Below are positions 38,610 through 48,231 of a stretch of 64,000 bases of DNA, in pieces. The notes below the pieces were generated by a model that worked only from the letters and a program-made list of their open reading frames with translations, searched no databases and was not told the DNA's origin. Location of the stretch: the sequence record LR588166.1; one strand, 5' to 3'. Every line of letters starts with the position of its first letter. The first letter of the stretch is position 1. Position numbers and translations under genes: made by a program.

Positions 38610-38969
38610 ATGGCAAAAAGCTACGAAGAAGCATGGGCACTGGCAGAATTTCCCGAGCACTCGAAGGTCGTCGATGGTCAAGTCGGCGGCGTGACCGAAT
38701 ACGTTCTCCAGGAAATCGACTCCTACTGCATCGTCGACAAGGACGGCAACAAGGTGTGGCTGAACATTCAGGGCAACATGCACCGCTTGCTCGGTCCGGC
38801 CACCCACATCAACGGGAAAAAGAAAAACGCCTGGGCAGTGGACGGTGACATCATCCGCACCTGGGATGAATACGAAAAAGCCGTCGGCGACCGGGTGCCG
38901 AAAGAGCACATTATGATGCTCAAGCTTCAACACGGCGACGATCAGTTCGAGTTCGACACCGACGACTAA
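38610..38969 (+). CDS. GC-rich early protein with an HRxxGPA motif
   Basis: GAGGT RBS, HRLLGPA, own promoter and terminator. Confidence 0.85.
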   Translation: MAKSYEEAWALAEFPEHSKVVDGQVGGVTEYVLQEIDSYCIVDKDGNKVWLNIQGNMHRLLGPATHINGKKKNAWAVDGDIIRTWDEYEKAVGDRVPKEHIMMLKLQHGDDQFEFDTDD

Positions 38970-38992
38970 ACCGGCGGCGAGTGCGCTCGGTT

Positions 38993-39031
38993 TATATAAA
39001 ATAAGGGACTTTATGTCCCTTATTTTATATA
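38993..39031. terminator. Bidirectional terminator
   Basis: TATATAAAATAAGGGAC-tttat-GTCCCTTATTTTATATA. Confidence 0.8.
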
Positions 39032-39155
39032 AGAAATAAACAATAAATGACATTTTTAGTTGAATGTTGCTTGCAATCATGTATTTTTGAATATAATAAT
39101 TAATGTAAAATATTAGTCGTTTCTGTAATTATATTTTCATAATAGGATATATAGT

Positions 39156-39764
39156 GTGTTCAAAAATGAATGTTTATTAGTAGGTGTGACTGAAGTTATT
39201 GCGAATATATTTTTATTTTCTAAATGTGTTTCTGAATGCAAACCAGCTGGCACATATGTAAGTAATCAATCTATAATCTTACGATGGTACTCAACTGGTA
39301 TAGTAAGTGAAGTTATATATAATATCAAAATAGTGCCTTCTGTAAATAATAAATTATTTTTAAATACGATAACATGGTCTGATGGTCATTATGCCTACCA
39401 AGACATTAAAAAACAGACCAAAGTATCAGATGTATTACATACTAATAAATATGAAACTTCGTTTGCTATCCATTTTAAAAACATATCGTTTGATATGTTT
39501 ATTCCTTTTATAGTAAAGGAAGTAAGAGAATGTCAATTTACAATACACGATCTACGGTACATAACAACGATTCCCATAGGATCGCGAAATACCAATTATA
39601 AAATAATATCGTATGTAAATGATACAGATTTATGTAATGTACATTTTAGTGCCAGGAATTACCTGTACTTTTCATTGACCACATATAATTATAATACTAT
39701 ATATAAACACACATTCAAAATATCAGAACAGTTTAGTATATGGGATATTGATGAAATATGTTAA
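39156..39764 (+). CDS. Hypothetical protein
   Basis: AGGA RBS, GTG start. Confidence 0.6.
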   Translation: MFKNECLLVGVTEVIANIFLFSKCVSECKPAGTYVSNQSIILRWYSTGIVSEVIYNIKIVPSVNNKLFLNTITWSDGHYAYQDIKKQTKVSDVLHTNKYETSFAIHFKNISFDMFIPFIVKEVRECQFTIHDLRYITTIPIGSRNTNYKIISYVNDTDLCNVHFSARNYLYFSLTTYNYNTIYKHTFKISEQFSIWDIDEIC

Positions 39765-40366
39765 ATTTAAAAGAAATAAGAAAGTCTGAATACGGGAATA
39801 TATTTGGAGTTAGCTATCTTATATATAACTGCAGACTTTCTAGTTTCGATGTAGTTAGAGATTCGTGCATAATAGGTTTCGAGAGCAATTTTTATAATTG
39901 CATAATTCATTCGTGCGAATTGGATTTATTTTATTATAAATACGGATCATTAAATGACGATCCAGAAAATAATATCTATCCCACTGAAATTAAATTATTA
40001 AATTCAAACAAATTAAAGAAGAATAGAATTTTTTATTCTTATATATCTATAATATCCAAAGCAAATGAGTTATACAAATATATTCCCTATATACTATCTA
40101 GGATTGCATCCAATTCTATCGTACTTCATAATTACAAAAACTTGAATATAGGTGATTACGGCGGTTTTATACGTGTATGGACATACTGGACTAATTCACA
40201 CATACTCGGAGGACCTAATGTAAGTGTAAATAATTCGGCTATAACTGTTATATTTCCTAAGATCAATAAAACAGAATACAGCATACCTGTAATAGAATCC
40301 TATAATTTGGTATTAGAAATAGATAAAAACTCTAATATAATTTTTCCGGTATTAATAAATGAATGA
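39758..40366 (+). CDS. Hypothetical protein
   Basis: Overlapping colinear ORF. Confidence 0.6.
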   Translation: MLNLKEIRKSEYGNIFGVSYLIYNCRLSSFDVVRDSCIIGFESNFYNCIIHSCELDLFYYKYGSLNDDPENNIYPTEIKLLNSNKLKKNRIFYSYISIISKANELYKYIPYILSRIASNSIVLHNYKNLNIGDYGGFIRVWTYWTNSHILGGPNVSVNNSAITVIFPKINKTEYSIPVIESYNLVLEIDKNSNIIFPVLINE

Positions 40367-40838
40367 AACCATACAATCTCTCCGAAGAGAAATAGAATTA
40401 TTAAAAGATCAAGGTCTAAAATTAAGACATATAAAAAATCCTTGTAAAAAATGTATGGGCTACGGAATTATTTGTTATGGATCTACTGCTATGTGGAACA
40501 GAGGTGCAGTAGGAGGGAATGCAATAACACCCGGCCGGTGCGATTCTTGCTGGGGTTCTGGTGATGAAGATAACCCGTGGGAAAATTTATTAGAATTAAC
40601 AATTCAAAAAAGAACAATAGATACAATCTACAACTCTCTTAAATTGGACGGTTGGATAGAAGTAACGTCCGATACTGTGTTTTTTAAAGGAAGTAACCGA
40701 GTTGTTACTAAATCTGGAAATATTTTATATGGATATAGAAGTTATTATAATGACAAACAATTAATCTGCTACATCGAAGAACCTAATACTTCAATTAATT
40801 TAAAAATAACTAGTTGTGTTTTTATACAAAAGTGTTAA
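40359..40838 (+). CDS. Protein with a DnaJ-type CxxCxGxG zinc finger
   Basis: CKKCMGYG and CDSCWGSG. Confidence 0.75.
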   Translation: MNETIQSLRREIELLKDQGLKLRHIKNPCKKCMGYGIICYGSTAMWNRGAVGGNAITPGRCDSCWGSGDEDNPWENLLELTIQKRTIDTIYNSLKLDGWIEVTSDTVFFKGSNRVVTKSGNILYGYRSYYNDKQLICYIEEPNTSINLKITSCVFIQKC

Positions 40839-40860
40839 AATGTAATATATTTAAAAACTT

Positions 40861-41250
40861 TTGAGATTACCAATGTATAATTTCGAAAAGTTTATAACCG
40901 AGTATCTGTATAATAAAAAAGAGACAGAGCATTACGGGTATTTTTCTATATATAATTCTATTATTTTAAAGTGTATTTCTGGATGTTCAGATGAGCACTA
41001 CGAATTTATTTCTAATTCTTTTATATCATATAAATGTAAAAAGAAATTAATAATAGAATTTTCTGTTAAATCGAAAGATAACATATACCATTCCATTAAA
41101 CTTGCAGCAAAATATCACTCTAAAACAAAAGAAAAGTTAGACACTATTACTAATGTGGATAATTTATTTTTGTTTGAAACAAAAATAGGAATTATAGGTA
41201 ATAATTTGTCTGTATATGTAGATTTAGGCGAAGTAGAATATATTGTATGA
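40861..41250 (+). CDS. Hypothetical protein
   Basis: Colinear ORF. Confidence 0.55.
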   Translation: MRLPMYNFEKFITEYLYNKKETEHYGYFSIYNSIILKCISGCSDEHYEFISNSFISYKCKKKLIIEFSVKSKDNIYHSIKLAAKYHSKTKEKLDTITNVDNLFLFETKIGIIGNNLSVYVDLGEVEYIV

Positions 41251-41873
41251 TATACAGTTCGCATGCAAACATATTTAGGTCTGTTGCAAATTCTCTTATT
41301 TTAGAAATTTATAAAATAAACATCTCTTTAGAAAAAATGATAGACGATGGACACGGCGACATATTAGATAGACAAGTAGTTTGCAGGAAAGGAACTTGGT
41401 TTTCTAAAAATTATTATATAATTTCTTCTTCTGCAAAAGAATTAGTTTCTCTTTCACCTGCATTTGTAGAAATATCAAACATTACTGTATCTGCATATAC
41501 TTCTGGCGCATTAAAAAATAACCCTTTATCTAAAATGAAGGGATTCGACAAATATATGCATAATGTAGGTGATGCGCTAACTGCAATTAATTCGTCTAAG
41601 CTTGCAAACAAACTATTTAAATCTATAGAAGAACAAAATATAATTGTTGCTAAAGGCAGGGAAGAATATGCTTTATCGCAAAGTTTAATAAAAGAAAATT
41701 GTCATACAAACAAAGGAATACAATATAAACAATTAGAAGAAATAATTAATACCTATATACGTCAATTACCAGAACACTTACAACACGAAGCAAGAAACAG
41801 AATAAGAAAATCCGATAAGAAACTTAAATCTTTAATTAGTTACGCACAAGAACATAACATAACTTTTATATAG
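41247..41873 (+). CDS. Hypothetical protein
   Basis: ATGA overlap. Confidence 0.65.
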   Translation: MIYSSHANIFRSVANSLILEIYKINISLEKMIDDGHGDILDRQVVCRKGTWFSKNYYIISSSAKELVSLSPAFVEISNITVSAYTSGALKNNPLSKMKGFDKYMHNVGDALTAINSSKLANKLFKSIEEQNIIVAKGREEYALSQSLIKENCHTNKGIQYKQLEEIINTYIRQLPEHLQHEARNRIRKSDKKLKSLISYAQEHNITFI

Positions 41874-41883
41874 TGGAAATATA

Positions 41884-42213
41884 ATGAAAAATATAATTAA
41901 ACATATTTTAGATTTTTATAACGGATTTTCCTATATAGTTCTGTCAAACGTTATATTTCTTTTTAGTTGTATAGTAACTACAGTATTTCTGTGTTATGTG
42001 TCTAAATTAAATAATGTACAAAATTTGGTATCCGACTCGGTTTATACAACTATAGTAGTTTTGTATTGTATTATAGGTCTTCTATGTGGATTAAAAAGTT
42101 GTAAAATAATAGAATTGATAAAACCAGAGAAAAATATTGCAACTACTGTAGGTGTTATAACCGGCATCGCCGTAGTGTTAGTTGCTATGTTGGGATGGAT
42201 ATATGCGGCGTAA
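41884..42213 (+). CDS. Membrane protein (3 TM)
   Basis: Three hydrophobic segments. Confidence 0.65.
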   Translation: MKNIIKHILDFYNGFSYIVLSNVIFLFSCIVTTVFLCYVSKLNNVQNLVSDSVYTTIVVLYCIIGLLCGLKSCKIIELIKPEKNIATTVGVITGIAVVLVAMLGWIYAA

Positions 42214-43630
42214 TAGAAATCTTTCATCTTCTCATAGATTGATATCAAAAGTAGCCGTTAAGATTAAAATTCCCCATATGATGAGCGGGAAATTAAATGG
42301 AGCATTTGATCACTATTTTAGTAAGAATATAATAGCAGAGGATGCTGCTATCTGTAGATGGGCAGGAGATAGCAAATATGCAGGAAGATCGTCGATATAT
42401 TCTGACGATATACCCCGTCAATTAATACGCAACACTGCAGGAAATGTCTCAGGTTGCACATCTTACACTAACAAAGTTATTATGAATTATAAAGAGGATG
42501 CCGGAATGACTCAAGTTAACAGAACCTACACACGTAATAGTAACGATATTGAGTTTTCTCTGGAAGAAGAATTCTCTAATGTCTTTAATGAATCGCCTAT
42601 AAGAAAAACGTGGGTAGCATTTATAGATTGTAACACAAAGGCAGTAGAAGAAGCATTTAAAACTTGCCTAAGTAAAGAATCGTTTGATATAATCTCCAAA
42701 AAATATACAAATATAACATCTTATTCGTCATCTGATGCAGAGCGAGATGCAGACGTTGCATCTGAGGAAATTTGGGTAATAGGAAACGAAAAAGCAGCTA
42801 TTTCTAGAATTACAGATATTTACGATAGTGTACGGTTTATGGTAATTTCTGCAAATGATAGTTGTAATGTAGCTAGGTTTGTAGAAGAATTTGGAAAAGT
42901 ATATGCAAATGCATATCCTAAAGTAAAAGAAGAAAAACCGGAAATTAATATTATTGTGGCCGATTCCCACGGTTATGATTTAGAGTCGTTTGACATGACT
43001 CCTCTGCAAAACATAGATGCCTTTATTGAAGAAAATTATAACGATGATTTTAAAGACACATCTGAATATATAGTAGAAAAAATTATTAGTTCTAGTAAAG
43101 GTATAACACTCCTTCATGGCGAACGAGGAACTGGTAAAACTAATTTCATCCGATACATTGCAAATAAAGCTAAAAAGAAGAAACTCATATATGTTCCTTC
43201 TGATATGGCTCCGGAGTTAGCCAGACCTCAGTTTGTCTCGTTTGTTATGAACCACAAAGATAGTGTGTTTATAGTAGAAGACGCAGAAAATATTCTCCGT
43301 CCTCGGGAAGGCGGCGGCAGTTCAGCAGTGTCTAACCTTCTTAACATGAGTGACGGTATCCTAGGTGATGCTGTTCGGTGTCAGTTTATTTGTACGTTTA
43401 ACTGTAAAATTTCAGAAATTGACAGTGCATTGACTCGTAAAGGTCGGTTAAATGCAGAGTATGAATTTAACAAATTAACAAAAGAAAAATCCCAAAATCT
43501 TTTAGACAAAAAATACGGAACAGGAACATATGTAGCAAAAGGCGAAATGACGCTAGCAGACATTTACAATATGGATAATCCTGACTTTAAAGTCCAACTT
43601 AAGAAACAAAAAATTGGTTTCGGGAACTAA
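42182..43630 (+). CDS. AAA family ATPase (true start probably at 42482 or 42506)
   Basis: LLHGERGTGKT, VFIVEDAE, NLLNMSDG, RKGRL. Confidence 0.88.
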   Translation: MLCWDGYMRRNRNLSSSHRLISKVAVKIKIPHMMSGKLNGAFDHYFSKNIIAEDAAICRWAGDSKYAGRSSIYSDDIPRQLIRNTAGNVSGCTSYTNKVIMNYKEDAGMTQVNRTYTRNSNDIEFSLEEEFSNVFNESPIRKTWVAFIDCNTKAVEEAFKTCLSKESFDIISKKYTNITSYSSSDAERDADVASEEIWVIGNEKAAISRITDIYDSVRFMVISANDSCNVARFVEEFGKVYANAYPKVKEEKPEINIIVADSHGYDLESFDMTPLQNIDAFIEENYNDDFKDTSEYIVEKIISSSKGITLLHGERGTGKTNFIRYIANKAKKKKLIYVPSDMAPELARPQFVSFVMNHKDSVFIVEDAENILRPREGGGSSAVSNLLNMSDGILGDAVRCQFICTFNCKISEIDSALTRKGRLNAEYEFNKLTKEKSQNLLDKKYGTGTYVAKGEMTLADIYNMDNPDFKVQLKKQKIGFGN

Positions 43631-43635
43631 ACAAT

Positions 43636-43899
43636 ATGCGTAGATATTTCATTGCATATTTTTCACTGGTATTCATATTAGCTATATCCGGAATTATATA
43701 TGCGTTGACATATGGATTTATATTTGCCGGAAAAGAAAACTCTCCAGGGTATTCTAATAGTAGGGATAATCTTATTAAAAATATGAATGAATTATTGGAA
43801 CAACAAAAAGCACTAAATTTGGAAATAAAGGAATTAAACAAAGAAATTAATTCTACTAAAACTGAAATATCAACTAAATTACAAAATGTAGACACCTAA
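43636..43899 (+). CDS. TM plus coiled-coil small protein
   Basis: N-terminal TM segment, heptad-like C-terminus. Confidence 0.65.
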   Translation: MRRYFIAYFSLVFILAISGIIYALTYGFIFAGKENSPGYSNSRDNLIKNMNELLEQQKALNLEIKELNKEINSTKTEISTKLQNVDT

Positions 43900-43916
43900 T
43901 AGTAGTTTCTATATAA

Positions 43917-43945
43917 TAAAACAGGAGCATTAGGCTCCTGTTTTA
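43917..43945. terminator. Bidirectional terminator between convergent units
   Basis: AAAACAGGAGC-attag-GCTCCTGTTTT. Confidence 0.8.
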
Positions 43946-44682
43946 TTTTTTGAAATTTTAGTCATTATAGTATTATATAAATCATATGCACGTTTGATTA
44001 TGCGTTTGTATGCTCTGGGGTTTTCATTTTTAAGAAACATAATATAATTTATGTGTGCATTTTCTATAAATGCATTTATAAATTCTTCTTTTGTTAAGAC
44101 AGTTCCTTTTTTGTATAAAAAACTAAATTGATCTACAGTTTGTTCTAAAGCTTGACTTATTCTTGCATTTATTTCGTATGATTGTCTATAATATGTATCT
44201 GAAGATGCCGGATCGTATCTTTTTATTTTTTCATTCTTAAACGGTTGTCCTTTATTTTTATCTAGTGCATGCCTTAACTCATGTACTATAGTTGAAACTA
44301 CACTCTTGTTATTACTAAAAGAATTACCATAATAATGAGTATAAACATATATCGTATTAGATACTAAGTTGTATTCTCCTTTCTTTGCACTGTGTTGTCC
44401 AGAAATGTCAAACACTATCTGAATATCTTTAAATTCATTGTACAAACTATCGAATATATCATCGGGAATTATATTTTTTAAAACAACACTATAGGTATTT
44501 AACATTATTTCTATAGTAGGCCAATCGTAGTTTTTCAACAACAATTGATCTTCTATTTCTTCTCTGTGTTGCTTTAAATTGTTGAAATATGATATAGCGT
44601 TTGCTACACACATTTTTGCAATATTTTGAATAATCAGTTCTTCGTCTGAAGTTTCGATTAAATTAATTTCGTTTAGTCGCAC
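43930..44682 (-). CDS. HExxH zinc-metalloprotease-like protein, paralog B
   Basis: STIVHELRHALD and YEINARI, leader MRLNEINLIE (GTG start). Confidence 0.8.
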   Translation of the reverse strand: MRLNEINLIETSDEELIIQNIAKMCVANAISYFNNLKQHREEIEDQLLLKNYDWPTIEIMLNTYSVVLKNIIPDDIFDSLYNEFKDIQIVFDISGQHSAKKGEYNLVSNTIYVYTHYYGNSFSNNKSVVSTIVHELRHALDKNKGQPFKNEKIKRYDPASSDTYYRQSYEINARISQALEQTVDQFSFLYKKGTVLTKEEFINAFIENAHINYIMFLKNENPRAYKRIIKRAYDLYNTIMTKISKNKTGA

Positions 44683-45352
44683 GATTTTCTGCCCTTTTCT
44701 TTAATGTAACATACAATTCGTAACATCTAGATACTATTCGTTTCCATACTTTTGGATTTTCTTTCTTTAAGTATGTAAGCTGATGACCTTTTGCAAATTT
44801 TTCTATATTATCTAGAAACCATTCTTTGGATGGTATTTCTTTTGAAGATCCCCAATACTGCAAAAATATAACCTTAAGATCATTTAATAATTCGGCTATT
44901 CTTGCATTTATTTCGTATTTTTGATTTAAATATTCTTTATGTTTATCTGAATTGTTTGTATGTTTATATGATAATGGATTACCCTTAGAACTATCTAATG
45001 CATGTTGTAATTCGTGAACTAAGGTATTTGTGTATGTTATATTATTTTTATATGAATCTGGACCTATATCAAAAAGTGCTATGAGATTTTTGCCATCGGT
45101 TCTTTGAATAAAAGCACCGTTGTATTGTTCTGGATGCTCACTTGCATACGGACGTATTATTAAATCGGAAATATTATTTAAAATAGGATACTTATCGAAA
45201 TATTCTTGTTTTATTAAATCTTTTAGTTTGTATGAATTGTATATTTTATTTTCTGCATTCTTTTCTATAACAAACCATATTATTTTTGCAATAGTAGATA
45301 ATATTATACTTTCGCTTGCCTTTTCTGTTAGATTAAATTCTAAAATTTTCAT
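44663..45352 (-). CDS. HExxH zinc-metalloprotease-like protein, paralog A
   Basis: TLVHELQHALD and YEINARI, leader MKILEFNLTE. Confidence 0.8.
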   Translation of the reverse strand: MKILEFNLTEKASESIILSTIAKIIWFVIEKNAENKIYNSYKLKDLIKQEYFDKYPILNNISDLIIRPYASEHPEQYNGAFIQRTDGKNLIALFDIGPDSYKNNITYTNTLVHELQHALDSSKGNPLSYKHTNNSDKHKEYLNQKYEINARIAELLNDLKVIFLQYWGSSKEIPSKEWFLDNIEKFAKGHQLTYLKKENPKVWKRIVSRCYELYVTLKKRAENRATKRN

Positions 45353-45358
45353 TATATC

Positions 45359-45553
45359 CTATCCGTTATGTTTCCAATACTGGATAGATTTTTCTTGTTT
45401 AGAAACCCAGTCTTTAGAAGGTTTTCCTTTACCCTCGTAATATCTAAGGGGCTTCCCTGTCTTTTTAGAAACAAGTGCCCATTTTCCATTTATATGTTTT
45501 AATTCTTCGTCTAATTCTGACGATTCTAGTATGCATATTTCGGAAAGTTTCAT
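45359..45553 (-). CDS. Small late protein with the leader MKLSEICILE
   Basis: First gene after the minus-strand GATAAATA. Confidence 0.75.
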   Translation of the reverse strand: MKLSEICILESSELDEELKHINGKWALVSKKTGKPLRYYEGKGKPSKDWVSKQEKSIQYWKHNG

Positions 45554-45584
45554 AATCTTTAATCCTGTATTATATGTATATGCT

Positions 45585-45610
45585 TATTTATCGCATTATA
45601 TAACTAAATA
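45585..45610. promoter_or_regulatory. Divergent pair of T4-like late promoters
   Basis: GATAAATA on the minus strand (45585-45592) and CTAAATA on the plus strand (45604-45610). Confidence 0.6.
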
Positions 45611-45638
45611 GTGTTATCTTGTAAAGGAGGAGTTTTCC

Positions 45639-46619
45639 ATGGGAAGACCTATTAAAAGCGATTGGTTTGGTGAAAGCGAAACGGGCCAACCTAAGTTAAG
45701 TATATATGCTAAGTTACCTGGCATGACTAATGCTGCCGAGGGTTTTATAGTAGCACAAAAAGGTACTCGTAAATATAGAGTAAACGTTAACGACACTATA
45801 GGCGATGTCTTTCTAGTTAATTCTAAATTAGCTGATTTAAACGAAGGCGAAGGGGTTATATTCGTAGGCGAAGTAGATAGTGACATAACTGTTTCTAAAA
45901 TACAACAATACGGATTAGTAGCAGTTAATTCCACTGGCGAAATTCAATTCGGTGGACAAACACAGTGGGTAGTAAACGAAGAAACAGGATTACAACCTGA
46001 TACTAGTTCTGTTCCGCAACCAAATAATCAAACGTTGCTTGCAAATGCCAGTACTGCATTTAAGAAAGAAAACGGAACATTATGGACTGGTTCGGGAATA
46101 CCGGCATCAGGAATGTTAGTATCTAAAAATAATATAATTGAACTTGCATTGTCTGCACACTTGCGCGGTTCTGTTATTAACAGAAAAATAAACGACGACG
46201 GTTCGTATGATATATCTCTAACTTCTTCAACACAAGATTGGGCGTTTGACTATTGTGTAGGTATTGTATCGCCGGCAGTAACAGATATAACTACAGAATA
46301 CGACGTTGTTCTTACTGCATATTGCAATTCAGAAGGTAAAGAACAAAACCCGGCTGTATTTACTTTAGCAAAAGAAGATACATATGTATGGAAAAATACA
46401 GTTCTAGACGGAGATATTACTGACAGTGCATCCGATCCCGATAATCGGTGTGTTCAAAATACTCTTAGATATACGTTCTTTAAAGATAATGTTGTGCCTC
46501 CAGTAGGTGAAGAAGATCCTATAGTAGGTACATTTATTATCAAATTAGAAGCAACCCATAAAACTAACTTTAATACTGTTAGTGCAAAAATGATAGTTCG
46601 TGTAACAAAAGATTTTTAA
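45639..46619 (+). CDS. Probable virion structural protein
   Basis: Late promoter, AAGGAGG RBS, beta-rich T/S/V/D composition. Confidence 0.6.
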   Translation: MGRPIKSDWFGESETGQPKLSIYAKLPGMTNAAEGFIVAQKGTRKYRVNVNDTIGDVFLVNSKLADLNEGEGVIFVGEVDSDITVSKIQQYGLVAVNSTGEIQFGGQTQWVVNEETGLQPDTSSVPQPNNQTLLANASTAFKKENGTLWTGSGIPASGMLVSKNNIIELALSAHLRGSVINRKINDDGSYDISLTSSTQDWAFDYCVGIVSPAVTDITTEYDVVLTAYCNSEGKEQNPAVFTLAKEDTYVWKNTVLDGDITDSASDPDNRCVQNTLRYTFFKDNVVPPVGEEDPIVGTFIIKLEATHKTNFNTVSAKMIVRVTKDF

Positions 46620-46662
46620 TAAAATCTAAACAAAGAAAAGCGCTTTTATATGCGCTTTTCTT

Positions 46663-46691
46663 TTGACACAGTTACTGTTTAATTGTATTAT
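46663..46691 (+). promoter_or_regulatory. Sigma70-type promoter
   Basis: TTGACA-17 nt-TATTAT. Confidence 0.7.
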
Positions 46692-46722
46692 GCAACAACA
46701 AACCGTACAGTAGGATACTATC

Positions 46723-46965
46723 ATGCAAGAAATTATAGTGTACAGAAATCCGGTAGAAGCAGCGTTTTGGTCGAGCATGCAAGACGGAAATATTGTACTT
46801 TTTCTTGTGACATTTATGATTATGGCAGTATCATTAGTGGTAATGTTAGTAGCTCTGTATAACACATTTGTTGTTAATAAACGGGTTCGCAATAAATGGA
46901 TTTATGTTCCCGTTGTGTTAGGAATTTTAATTTCTATGATAACATGCTACAATCTATTTTTGTAG
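46723..46965 (+). CDS. Small 2-TM membrane protein
   Basis: AGGA RBS, two hydrophobic helices. Confidence 0.75.
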   Translation: MQEIIVYRNPVEAAFWSSMQDGNIVLFLVTFMIMAVSLVVMLVALYNTFVVNKRVRNKWIYVPVVLGILISMITCYNLFL

Positions 46966-46975
46966 AACGAAAATC

Positions 46976-47003
46976 AATAAAAAGGGCTTAAAGCCCTTTT
47001 TAT
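46976..47003. terminator. Bidirectional terminator
   Basis: AATAAAAAGGGC-ttaaa-GCCCTTTTTATT. Confidence 0.8.
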
Positions 47004-47081
47004 TTGTCTGCGCATACCTTTAGCACAAAAATATTGTTTTATGCTATAATGTCCTTACTATAATGTATTGAGAATATATCT

Positions 47082-48167
47082 ATGAATATTAATATATGGT
47101 ATACTGACGTAGAACTACAAACAAAAACAAAGAAACAAGTACAGATTTGGCCTAAAAAAATTACTAGCCCCGAACCTTCCTACAGTTTTACAAATTGTGT
47201 AAGAAATGTACAAAACGTATTTGACGAAATACATATTTTAAAGGATATATCTATTAGACACGGAAGTGCGAAAGTAATGCAAGCAGCAATATATATAAAA
47301 GAGATAGATATGTATGGCAGATTTGATCTGAGGGCAGAATCTCTTGTAGAACTTTTACATACAAAAAACATTTCTGTTTCGGAAGGTGTAATTAAAGGTA
47401 AGTTTTCATTTGATTTTAGTTCTAGTAGTTATAGAATTATTCCGGCAGATAATGTAATTTCTGCCAGCGCAAAGAAAACTGCAAAAGAACTAATTCCATT
47501 TAGGGCATATAAAGATAAAGTAGGAAATTCCGTTATATACCTAGGGAAGGCATCAACTGAATGTGGCAAACAATTATTTTTGACAATCGACTTGCCTAAT
47601 CATCAAGAAGAAAAAGGTCTAGCAAAAATGGCAGTAGATCTTGTAGGCGGAAGATATGCATGGTATATAAATTCTGATCATAATGTGTATAAGAACGAAT
47701 TTGAAAAACTAAAATCATATGACGAAGACATGTACAATGTTATACTAAAATTAAAACAATTAGATGTAGGTGATCTATCAAGTATATATGAAAAGTATTT
47801 CTTAAAGGCGTTTTATTATTGCACAAAAGAAGGACATCGTGTATTTGACCGCAGATTTGATGTAGCAACCGGGCGGACGCTAGGCACCGGAAGTTATCTA
47901 TATAGACTGCAATATACAGTAGGTGTTCCTCCGTTGTATCAAGAAATTGACGATATTAGCGAAATGTTTGTTAGTAGCGGAATTCCCGGAACATATGTAG
48001 CTATTCCCAAGAAATGGCTATCTTACAAATATATCAGTGCTAGCAACGCATTACCCTTATACGTAGACTTTAAAAATAAAATCGTCCGTAAAACAACTGT
48101 AACTGACGAAATTAACCCGTATGAATATGATGATAGTTTTATAAATGAAGTATTAAATCATATATAA
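47082..48167 (+). CDS. Hypothetical protein
   Basis: 361-aa ORF. Confidence 0.8.
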   Translation: MNINIWYTDVELQTKTKKQVQIWPKKITSPEPSYSFTNCVRNVQNVFDEIHILKDISIRHGSAKVMQAAIYIKEIDMYGRFDLRAESLVELLHTKNISVSEGVIKGKFSFDFSSSSYRIIPADNVISASAKKTAKELIPFRAYKDKVGNSVIYLGKASTECGKQLFLTIDLPNHQEEKGLAKMAVDLVGGRYAWYINSDHNVYKNEFEKLKSYDEDMYNVILKLKQLDVGDLSSIYEKYFLKAFYYCTKEGHRVFDRRFDVATGRTLGTGSYLYRLQYTVGVPPLYQEIDDISEMFVSSGIPGTYVAIPKKWLSYKYISASNALPLYVDFKNKIVRKTTVTDEINPYEYDDSFINEVLNHI

Positions 48168-48231
48168 TTTATTTAATACGATACTAGACTATATATGGTA
48201 TTCTTTTGTATGATATACAACGACAGTTGGG

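Noticed and set aside
38571-39080. 169-aa minus-strand ORF
   Set aside because: Antisense shadow of the GC-rich 38610 gene. It also runs through a terminator.
42182-42505. 108-aa N-terminal extension of the AAA ATPase
   Set aside because: It overlaps the upstream gene and has no RBS. Downstream ATGs at 42482 and 42506 fit better. A weak hairpin here was not enough to call an RNA element.
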